Of a stretch of 34,198 bases of DNA, positions 21,255 through 31,435 are shown one piece after another. The translations under genes and the position numbers were made by a program. Under the pieces are notes generated by a model, which had not been told where the DNA came from, searched no databases, and saw nothing but the letters and a program-made list of their open reading frames with translations. Where the stretch lies: NCBI GenBank assembly GCA_051530055.1, contig JBMGUZ010000028.1:1-34198 (forward strand), in the 5' to 3' direction. Source of the stretch: Neoechinorhynchus agilis (taxonomy: Eukaryota; Animalia; Acanthocephala). The first letter of the stretch is position 1; the number at the start of each line of letters is the position of its first letter.

Positions 21255-23256
21255 TTCTCTTTTGATTATTCCAATTTAACTTTACTTTCACTGCGTTTAC
21301 CTCTAGGGCGAAGGGAAGGGAATAAAAGATAAAGTAGATGAGAAAGATTATTGCAGAGATTCTGCAGCTAAAAGTTGTACAACACGTGATAATTTTAAAG
21401 GTATTTGAGTGGGCATAGAATCTTCTCTTTTGATTATTCCAATTTTACTTTACTTTCACTGCGTTTACCTCTAAGGCGAAGGGAAGGAAATAAAGGATAA
21501 AGTAGATGAGAAAGATTATTGCAGAGATTCTGCAGCTAAAAGTTGTACAACACGTAATAATTTTAAAGGTATTTGAGTGGGCATAGAATCTTCTCTTTTG
21601 ATTATTCCAATTTTACTTTACTTTCACTGCGTTTACCTCTAAGGCGAAGGGCAGGAAATAAAAGATAAAGTAGATGAGAAAGATTATTGCAGAGATTCTG
21701 CAGCTAAAAGTTGTACAACACGTGATAATTTTAAAGGTATTTGAGTGGGCATAGAATCTTCTCTTTTGATTATTCCAATTTAACTTTACTTTCACTGCGT
21801 TTACCTCTAAGGCGAAGGGAAGGGAATAAAAGATAAAGTAGATGAGAAAGATTATTGCAGAGATTCTGCAGCTAAAAGTTGTACAACACGTAATAATTTT
21901 AAAGGTATTTGAGTGGGCATAGAATCTTCTCTTTTGATTATTCCAATTTAACTTTACTTTCACTGCGTTTACCTCTAAGGCGAAGGGCAGGAAATAAAAG
22001 ATAAAGTAGATGAGAAAGATTATTGCAGAGATTCTGCAGCTAAAAGTTGTACAACACGTGATAATTTTAAAGGTATTTGAGTGGGCATAGAATCTTCTCT
22101 TTTGATTATTCCAATTTAACTTTACTTTCACTGCGTTTACCTCTAAGGCGAAGGGAAGGGAATAAAAGATAAAGTAGATGAGAAAGATTATTGCAGAGAT
22201 TCTGCAGCTAAAAGTTGTACAACACGTAATAATTTTAAAGGTATTTGAGTGGGCATAGAATCTTCTCTTTTGATTATTCCAATTTAACTTTACTTTCACT
22301 GCGTTTACCTCTAAGGCGAAGGGAAGGAAATAAAGGATAAAGTAGATGAGAAAGATTATTGCAGAGATTCTGCAGCTAAAAGTTGTACAACACGTGATAA
22401 TTTTAAAGGTATTTGAGTGGGCATAGAATCTTCTCTTTTGATTATTCCAATTTAACTTTACTTTCACTGCGTTTACCTCTAAGGCGAAGGGAAGGAAATA
22501 AAAGATAAAGTAGATGAGAAAGATTATTGCAGAGATTCTGCAGCTAAAAGTTGTACAACACGTAATAATTTTAAAGGTATTTGAGTGGGCATAGAATCTT
22601 CTCTTTTGATTATTCCAATTTAACTTTACTTTCACTGCGTTTACCTCTAGGGCGAACGGCAGGAAATAAAGGATAAAGTAGATGAGAAATATTATTGCAG
22701 AGATTCTGCAGCTAAAAGTTGTACAACACGTGATAATTTTAAAGGTATTTGAGTGGGCATAGAATCTTCTCTTTTGATTATTCCAATTTTGCTTTCACTG
22801 CGTTTACCTCTAGGGCGAACGGCAGGAAATAAAAGATAAAGTAGATGAGAAAGATTATTGCAGAGATTCTGCAGCTAAAAGTTGTAAAACACGTAATAAT
22901 TTTAAAGGTATTTGAGTGGGCATAGAATCTTCTCTTTTGATTATTCCAATTTAACTTTACTTTCACTGCGTTTACCTCTAGGGCGAACGGCAGGAAATAA
23001 AGGATAAAGTAGATGAGAAATATTATTGCAGAGATTCTGCAGCTAAAAGTTGTACAACACGTGATAATTTTAAAGGTATTTGAGTGGGCATAGAATCTTC
23101 TCTTTTGATTATTCCAATTTAACTTTACTTTCACTGCGTTTACCTCTAAGGCGAAGGGAAGGGAATAAAAGATAAAGTAGATGAGAAAGATTATTGCAGA
23201 GATTCTGCAGCTAAAAGTTGTAATAATTTTAAAGGTATTTGAATGGGCATAGAATC
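21255..23256. repeat. Tandem array, 168-bp unit x 12; open 56-codon frame on the minus strand, exon/intron-like unit on the plus strand
   Basis: gcagagattctgcagc occurs 12 times at 168-nt spacing (one unit has a 5-bp deletion, the last a 9-bp deletion). Each unit holds a TGCAGA-gat-TCTGCA hairpin. Confidence 0.98.
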
Positions 23257-23861
23257 AATCGTCGTTTACCGCTTCAAATTCGCCAGGATCGTAGTTTTTG
23301 TGTCCGCGAATAGAAGAGCAATCCAACTCGGGATCGAAACGTACTCCTGATGTACAATGGCACTTCTTCGGGCTGGAGATTCCATGTCGTTCTTAACCTG
23401 AAGAGTTCGGATACTTAGGCTGCTTTTGCTTATAGTTTCCAACTATATTCTTTATCCGCTTTCGTTTGTCCGGCATATGCAGATTCGGATCGGGGTATCT
23501 TGATTTATTATATTGCTTTCCATTCATAAAAAGAATAGGAGAGGAAGATCTTAAGCCCAAGCGTTTTTTTGCGATGTGATCACAGATCTTTGTTTGGGCG
23601 CAAATCAACACGGACCATGGAAACGATGATGAGGATGGACGATTACATCGGTCACAGAAGTCAAAGCCTTCCTTTGCTGATTCAGGATTCCTTAACTAGT
23701 GATTCTTCCGGTGCCGTGACGTAAGACATTTAAAAAGGTCAATTTCATATTCTGGTAAACGAACGCATTGATTATACGGACGAAGTGGGAATTTGAGGCA
23801 CTTTTTTCATGACAGAATGAGAGTTGAACTAAACCGAAATCAGCGAAATGCTACTTGGATG

Positions 23862-24086
23862 TTTCAGTTTCAATTAACGATGTTTGATTCAGAAAAAGAT
23901 TTATATTGAAGATTTTCGGCCTCCTCGTTGGCATTAAGTCAGTTATTTGCAATTTCTTACAACTGTGAAGACGTATTCACAGTTGGAAGAACTTGCGAAC
24001 AATTGACCGACGAAGGCCAGCGGAAAGCCCAAAAATTTTCAACATGAATCCATTTCTGAATCAAACATCGCTAATTAAAACTGAAA
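23862..24086. mobile_element. MITE-like element (225 bp) with 34-bp inverted repeats
   Basis: 23862-23895 is the reverse complement of 24053-24086 with 2 mismatches; non-coding interior. gctacttggatg occurs at 23850-23861 and 24104-24115. Confidence 0.6.
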
Positions 24087-24245
24087 TGAATAATTGCTTT
24101 ACAGCTACTTGGATGATTTTTACATTTCTTCCAGATTAGCGTTTCTCTAACGTCGAAGTTCTTTCAAATTTAAGTGGACCGATTTTGGCGTGGAAACCAT
24201 GGCTTAATCTTTTAGGATCGTGATTTACCGGTTAAATTTTTTAAG

Positions 24246-25097
24246 ATGTCATGGCTCATTCAAAGAGCGGAAGATTTGCTCAATAAAGCCGACGAACAAG
24301 CCAAAGCTAAACTACGTTCTGCTGCTTCATTTTTCGATGAGCCAACATCCGTTATTATTGGTTCGCCGAGCACTGATAAAACATTTGACGCTGCAACATT
24401 TCACGAAGTTGTAACTGTGGCCGATGTACGGAGAATTTCTTACAGTTGTCACAGCGGTTAGATTCATTGAACACTCGTGTACGGACCTTAACCAATCAGC
24501 TTGAGAAAAGCGCCATGTCGGAAAATAGATACCGGCAGATGATAGAACGTTTAGAAGACGAATTGATTGATAAGGATGCTAAAATTGCCCGGTTAAGTAA
24601 ACAAAGCTTTGCTCAGTTTCAAACGATTCCTGATTCCCTAATTTCCGGTTGTACGGTTGAAATCAGCGAAAAAAAAAGCCTCGATGGAGAATTAAGGCGC
24701 GAATGCGATGAACTTCGATCATCGCTCGATGATTTGACGAAAAAATCAGAAAGTTTCAAAAAAGAAGCAATGTCTAAATTAGACGCCGAAAAAATCAGAA
24801 AGTTTCAAAAAAGAAGCAATGTCTAAATTAGACGCGATGACCGATCAATTACTGGAAAGACAAGCAGCTGTTGAACGTTTGAAAATGGATAAGCATGAAC
24901 TTAGAGTATGGATTGAATATTTAGAACGTAACGAACCGAAGAAGCCGGATCATTCAGCAAATGACATTGTCCATAATTTGGTCCAAATGACGGTTGACTG
25001 TCTTCGATATTTGAGAATTCAAAAAATTGGTCAGCTAACCACCATTTACTTAATCATTATTCACCTTGTCGTTCTTATGTTGATTTTTAAACGATAA
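24246..25097 (+). CDS. GOLGA5: Golgin-84-like tail-anchored coiled-coil protein (~255 aa); intron 24411-24445; 49-bp duplication at 24738-24835
   Basis: N-terminus MSWLIQRAEDLLNKAD matches the golgin-84 MSW...KAEDLLNRVD motif; coiled coil; C-terminal TM IYLIIIHLVVLMLI has the conserved Tyr/His. A 35-nt GTAACT..TTACAG intron joins the first two ORFs in frame. Confidence 0.88.
24738..24835 (+). repeat. Perfect 49-bp tandem duplication inside the golgin-84 CDS
   Basis: cgaaaaaatcagaaagtttcaaaaaagaagcaatgtctaaattagacgc at 24738-24786 and 24787-24835. Confidence 0.97.
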
Positions 25098-25407
25098 ATT
25101 GTTACCTGTCAACACATTATTATTTATAGGAAAATTTCTAGCGGCTTAAAAAAGTGTTTTTAACATCGCTTTTAAATTTATTAAAAAGTTACCATATCTC
25201 CAATCAACTTTCCGTCATTACTAATTTTAAAAATAGCGATGTTTAGGTAACATAGTCCAAAATCGCGAATTCGCCAAATTTTTTGATCCGAGTCCTGTGC
25301 GAACACTATGATTTTCAATAGTATTTTGTAGATACTCTAAACTTGTTCATCAAAGTTGCTAACCTAAATTCCTATATTGACCTTAGAATATCCTTTTCTT
25401 GCAGTCT

Positions 25408-25458
25408 GATTGGCTGTAATTTGCTTACTTACTGTTCGTGTTCGTGCTGTGATTGGTT
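25408..25458 (-). promoter_or_regulatory. Two CCAAT boxes upstream of IleRS
   Basis: gattggct (25408-25415) and gattggtt (25451-25458), 140-190 nt before the ATG; motif match only. Confidence 0.4.
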
Positions 25459-25599
25459 AATTTTCGTTCTTAAATTTGTAGTCAAAAATTGCAAACATGA
25501 ACGTGTAAGTTATTGATTTTGCGCGTTTAAGTTTGAATGCGACAACCATTATTATCAGTCTTTCTCTCTCGATGTTTCAGATAAATCGACTATTCCAAC

Positions 25600-28500
25600 A
25601 TGGAGCAAAGCACAATCCAGAGCATTTTCCCCGAATATTTCAATTTCGTACAAGAAGAAAACAATGTCCTTGAATTCTGGAAAGAAGTAGATGCTTTTGA
25701 GACTCAAACCCGTTTATCCAAGTCTCGTCCCCGATTCACATTTTACGATGGGCCTCCATTCGCAACGGGTCTGCCTCATTATGGTCACCTTTTGGCTGGA
25801 ACAGTAAAGGATATTGTCACGCGATGGGCTATAATGAGTGGATATAGCGTAGTACGGCGTTTTGGGTGGGATTGTCACGGTCTTCCAATTGTAAGTTTTA
25901 ATTGATTTCTAATTCGTATATTGAGGAGAACTTGCATTTTGTTTAGGAATACGAGATCGACAAGTTACTCGGAATCCGTAGTCCTGAGGACATAAAGAAA
26001 CTTGGAATTGCAGTGTATAATAACCATTGTCGTGCAATAGCCATGAAATACGCTAGCGAGTGGGAAAAGCAGGTTCAAAGGATGGGTCGATGGATTGATT
26101 TTAAGAACGACTACAAGACGCTTTATCCTTGGTACATGGAATCTGTATGGTTTGTGTTTAAACAGCTCTTTGAGAAAGGATTTGTGTATCGCGGAGTGAA
26201 AGTGATGCCATTTTCGACTGCATGTGCCACTCCCTTGTCGAACTTTGAAGCCAATCAAAACTATAAAGACGTCACCGATCCGAGCGTTATTTTAACATTT
26301 CCCTTTCGAGACAGTCCGAATGTTGCATTTTTGGCGTGGACCACAACTCCTTGGACACTTCCAAGTAATATGGCTCTTTGTGTAAATCCGGACGGTTTGT
26401 ATGCCAGAGTAAGAAGAGAATCTGATGAGGATCGTGAATATGTGTTGATGGAGAGTCGTATAGAGTTCGTTTTTGGATCTGAGAAAATAGTCGTTATCGA
26501 ACGGACGAAAGGTAGTGAGTTTAATGGGCTTGCATATGTTCCGCTCTTTTCTTATCTGGATTCTCCATATAAAGTTCTATGCGACAAGTATGTTAGTGAC
26601 GACGCAGGAACCGGGATCGTTCACCAGGCACCATTTTTTGGTGAGGATGATTTCCGAGTTTGTTCAGAAAATGGAGTTGTCGATAAACGAGCACTCGGAG
26701 AATGTCCGATTGATGACTCAGGACGATTTAGGCCCTTCGTTAAAGAGTTTGAAGGCAAATCGGTGAAGGAAGCTGATCCTCTCATAATTAAATGTCTAGA
26801 AGGCAAAGGAAGAGTATTTAGCAAGTCGACTGTTCGCCACAGCTACCCATTTTGCTGGAGATCAGAGACGCCACTTATATACAAAGCAGTCCCGTGTTGG
26901 TTCATTGCAGTCGAGGAGTTGTGCGATCGACTTTTAAAGAACAATGAAAAGGTTCATTGGATTCCTGAGTCCGTAGGAGAAAAACGATTTGGAAATTGGC
27001 TAAGAGATGCACAGGACTGGTGTGTATCTCGAAATCGGTATTGGGGAAATCCTATTCCAATATGGCAAAACTACGATATGACTGAAATTTTATGTGTCGG
27101 TTCAATTGAGGAACTTAAGAAACTCGCTGGAGTGGAGGGTGATCTTAGTGATGTCCATCGAGAGTTTATTGATTCTTTAACGATACAATCAGCAAGTGGT
27201 CAAGTACTTCATCGAACCACCGAAGTGTTCGATTGCTGGTTTGAGTCTGGAGCAATGCCATACGCTCAAGCTCATTATCCGTTTGACGAAACTGATCAAT
27301 TTACGTTTCCTGCTGATTTCATTGCTGAAGGAGTCGATCAGACACGAGGATGGTTCTACACACTCCTTGTGCTTGGAACAGCTTTATTTAACCAATCTCC
27401 ATATAAGAACGTAATTGTAACTGGCATAATCCAAGCAGCTGATGGTCAGAAAATGAGCAAACGCCTCAGGAATTATCCAGATCCAATGGATGTGGTTGAG
27501 CGTTACGGAGCTGATGCTGTCAGATTGTATCTCATTAATTCACCAGCCGTAAAAGCAGACTATTTGCGGTTTAAAGAACAAGGTGTCCGCGAAATTCAAA
27601 AAGATGTTTTCCTTCCTTGGTACAATTCATTACGATTTCTTGGTCTAAAATTAGACAGATTAGCAAAAGAAGATAATATCGAGTATAAATTTGACGAAAC
27701 CGCGCTTTACCGTGCAACCAACATTATGGATCGATGGATCTTATCGTTCACACAGTCACATATAAAATTTGTAAGGAATGAGATGAAAGCTTTTAGATTG
27801 TACAACGTGGTTCCATCGAATGTAAAGTTTATTGAAATCCTTACAAATTGGTATATTCGAATGAATCGAGATAGACTTTGCGGTCGTTACGGGCTTGAAG
27901 ATTGCCTTTTAGCGATTAATACACTGTTTGAAGTTGAATTAACGATGGTGCATTTGATGGCATCGTTTACTCCATTTTTGTCCGAATCATTTTTTCAGAG
28001 ACTTAAACCATACCTTGAGCCAGATTCGATTGACTCACCAGCTTCAAGCATTCATTTTAAGCAGATTCCGTCCGCTCGAGATCAGTGTATTGATCAGGGG
28101 ATTGAAGATGCCGTTGCCGCGATGCGAGTCGTCATCGAAACTGGGCGAGTAATTCGAGAGCGTCTTGTTATTCCTCTGAAACAACCTTTAAAAAGCGTAA
28201 TCGTTGTAAGTGCCAATAAATCAGCAAGAGACAATGTGGTGATGTTGGAAGATTTTATAAAGAAGGAATTGAATGTTCGTAACGTTGTTGTCAGCGATGA
28301 CCGCGATGCTTACAATATAAACCTTCAAGTTGAACCCAATTTTCGATCTTTGGGAACGAGGGCGAGATCTCAGATGAAGGAGATTGTTCCATTGATAAGG
28401 GCGATGAAGGTCGATGCACTCGAGGACCTTCGCAGGAACGGAACGTTTATACTTTCAAACGGATTTGAACTTGGGACTGAAGATGTTCATTCTTCGTATG

Positions 28501-29486
28501 TAACGAGTTCCAAATGTGGAAATCTCGCGGCCGACAGTCATTCTGAGACCGGAATCACAGTTCTCATGGATACTTCAATATACGAAGATCTTAAGACAGA
28601 AAAATGGGCAAGGGAGGTGATGAATAGGATTCAGAAAATGAGAAAGGAAGCGCATCTTCTTCCAACGGATTCCGTTAATGTTTATTACTCATGGCCACGG
28701 GCAATCGACAGAGAATCGGAGCTATGTGATAGTATAGAGGCCAGCGTTCAGTTTATTTCCGATTGGATCAGGAAACCCTTTCTAGCAAGAACCAATTCAA
28801 CCGTTGATCACCTTATCTGTGAAAAGACTTTTGATATCCACGATGGACGCATTCATATTTTAATCGCTTATGATAAGTTATCTGAAAAAGTGGACTTTAA
28901 CTTTGTCAATTTGATACAACTGGATTCTAAATGTCCAATGAGTGGATGTCTCATATTGGATAACCTAAAGAATTCAGAAATCAATAAGAAAGGTATTCAA
29001 CATCACGTAGCACGTTTATTCGGTTTGATGGAAATGATTTGGGATGAGCACATTGAAGTGTTCGTCGATTCGTCTAAGGCAAAACCACTCGATAGCTATA
29101 GTTTAATCGATCTCAAACATTATGGAACGTTGTATGTTAGTCTATCAAACGGTGAATGGCCTTACAATGCAAACGATCTCAAACTCAAATGCAAAATTGT
29201 ACCAGATGGTTCGCCGTGTTCATACTTTTTCATCGAACGTACCGATGAACCAGTGAAACGAGTTGTTCTATTAGAGAACCCAAAAGGATTGATGGTTGAT
29301 TCTTTGGATTGCCTCGTTGATCGAATTGCAGCAACTCTTGGATTGAACGAAGACGATGTTGAGAATCTTGTTATTAGTACAGATAAGGAACATAATGATC
29401 CGCTGTCAGAAAATACTTGCTATTTAGTGGATTCGTTTTCTTCGTTTGAAAAAAAGACATTGTACGCTAAAATGATGAAAGCCTAA
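25600..29486 (+). CDS. IARS1: Cytosolic isoleucyl-tRNA synthetase (~1276 aa; exons 25600-25890 and 25947-29486)
   Basis: [16 protein letters not shown] (HIGH), GWDCHGLPI|EYEID across a 56-nt GTAAGT..TTTAG intron, [43 protein letters not shown], plus a C-terminal extension. Confidence 0.99.
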
Positions 29487-29687
29487 GTGAGTGTTGTCTC
29501 TAAGTAAAATAGCCTTTCCGTAAAGCCGTGAAGTTTAATCGGCCAAAAAATTTAGGAAACGAGAGATTAATGAAACCGTCTGCAAAGGCGAACACAATAT
29601 CACGATTTGCAAAAAACGCTTTATACAATAAACCGCTCATAAAACCATTCTGATGCTACGGTGATTGTTCAATTCGATGATTCCCAT

Positions 29688-31018
29688 ATTCCACTCTGAC
29701 AACACAAATGACTCTTCCTTGCCATGTCCTCCCTAAACTTCAATCACAAAATATTCTCTAACTTCGACAATTTCCCAGAAATTCATTCGAATCTTCAACC
29801 GTGAACCACCATGGATAACCCCCATCTTGAAACTTCTTCAAAAGCAAGCTTCTAAAGGCCATTGAAATAACTCTCCAGACTTTCCTCGTTTACAAATAGC
29901 TTTAACTAACAAAATACTTATCGTCCGCAAAAGCTTTCCTAGCTCCGAAATTCGTTCGGGTGACAATTTAACATGGCGGCGGGTCGTCAAGGACTCTCTT
30001 GGTCTACGCAACGCTGATTCCTTCCCTAATTTGACCTCCTCTGAATTAAAGCAGGTTCTAGACTACATCAATCAGAACCTCTTCCCTGACTTCCCCGTTT
30101 TCCCGTCTCGGATAAACGTGATCATCACATCCACAATTTTATAAAATTGTTCAATTCTATGATTTACACATTCCGCTCTGACAACACAAATGACTTTTCC
30201 TTGGCCATGTCCTCCCTAACTTCAATCACAAAATATTCTCTAACTTCGTCAATTTCCCAGAAATTCATTCGAATCTTCAACCGTGAACCACCATGGATAA
30301 CCCCCATCTTGAAACTTCTTCAAAAGCAAGCTTCTAAAGGCCATTGAAATAACTCTCCAGACTTTCCTCGTTTACAAATAGCTTTAACTAACAAAATACT
30401 TATCGTCCGCAAAAGCTTTCCTAGCTCCGAAATTCGTTCGGGTGACAATTTAACATGGCGGCGGGTCGTCAAGGACTCTCTTGGTCTACGCAACGCTGAT
30501 TCCTTCCCTAATTTGACCTCCTCTGAATTAAAGCAGGTTCTAGACTACATCAATCAGAACCTCTTCCCTGACTTCCCCGTTTTCCCGTCTCGGATAAACG
30601 TGATCATCACATCCACAATTTTATAAAATTGTTCAATTCTATGATTTACACATTCCGCTCTGACAACGCAAATGACTTTTTCTTGGCCATGTCCTCCCTG
30701 ACTTCAATCACAAAATATTCTCTAACTTCGTCAATTTCCCAGAAATTCATTCGAATCTTCAACCGTGAACCACCATGGATAACCCCCATCTTGAAACTTC
30801 TTCAAAAGCAAGCTTCTAAAGGCCATTGAAATAACTCTGAAGGCTTTCCTCGTTTACAAATAGCTATAACTAACAAAATACTTATCGTCCGCAAAAAACT
30901 TTCCTAGCTCCGAAATTCGTTCGGGTGGTAATTTAACGACGCTGATTCCTTCCCTAATTTGACCTCTTCTGAATTTAAACAGGTTTTAGACTCCATCAAT
31001 CAGAACCTCTGCTCTGAC
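29688..31018 (+). repeat. Tandem array, 482-bp unit x ~2.8, LINE-derived
   Basis: ctctgacaac recurs at ~29695, ~30177 and ~30659. The unit encodes FNREPPWITPILKLL, like the PWIT motif of the LINE EN-RT linker. The third copy is more diverged. Confidence 0.85.
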
Positions 31019-31079
31019 TAAACTTGCAATCTCTGCTCCACATCAGGCCAAACAAAATCTTTAAAGCCCACATCCGAAA

Positions 31080-31400
31080 CTTGTCAACTCGTCGATATTC
31101 CCCTTAGTTTCACATCTCAAGAAATTACCTCGAAATTCGTCTTCTTAATTAGAAATCCAAAACTGGACTCTTCACTGCATCGTCTCCGAACTCACAGACC
31201 CTCTTACCTTCATTATAAATCACCGCATTTTATTTGGTATCTACCCATAGTGCCTGAAAACTGCCAAAGTTATCCTTCTTCAAAAAATGGCATTCCGTTT
31301 AAACCGAATCATTAGGTTCAATATCCATCCGGCCCGCTCTTTTAAAAATCATCGAAACCCATACAATTCGGCTCCCAAACAAAATTTTCGGCGCCCTACC
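31080..31400 (+). mobile_element. Degraded LINE reverse-transcriptase start, continuing the 482-bp array
   Basis: Broken frames give FTSQEITSK, LKTAKVILLQK and SISIRPALLKIIE, resembling WK.AKV.PI.K...YRPISLL..LSK..E. Confidence 0.6.
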
Positions 31401-31435
31401 TTGCATTTGCAAAACATTCCTGCGAAACCTCGACA

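Noticed and set aside
11292-23256. CRISPR-like reading of the 214-bp and 168-bp arrays
   Set aside because: Whole units are repeated with no unique spacers, there are no cas genes, and the context is eukaryotic.
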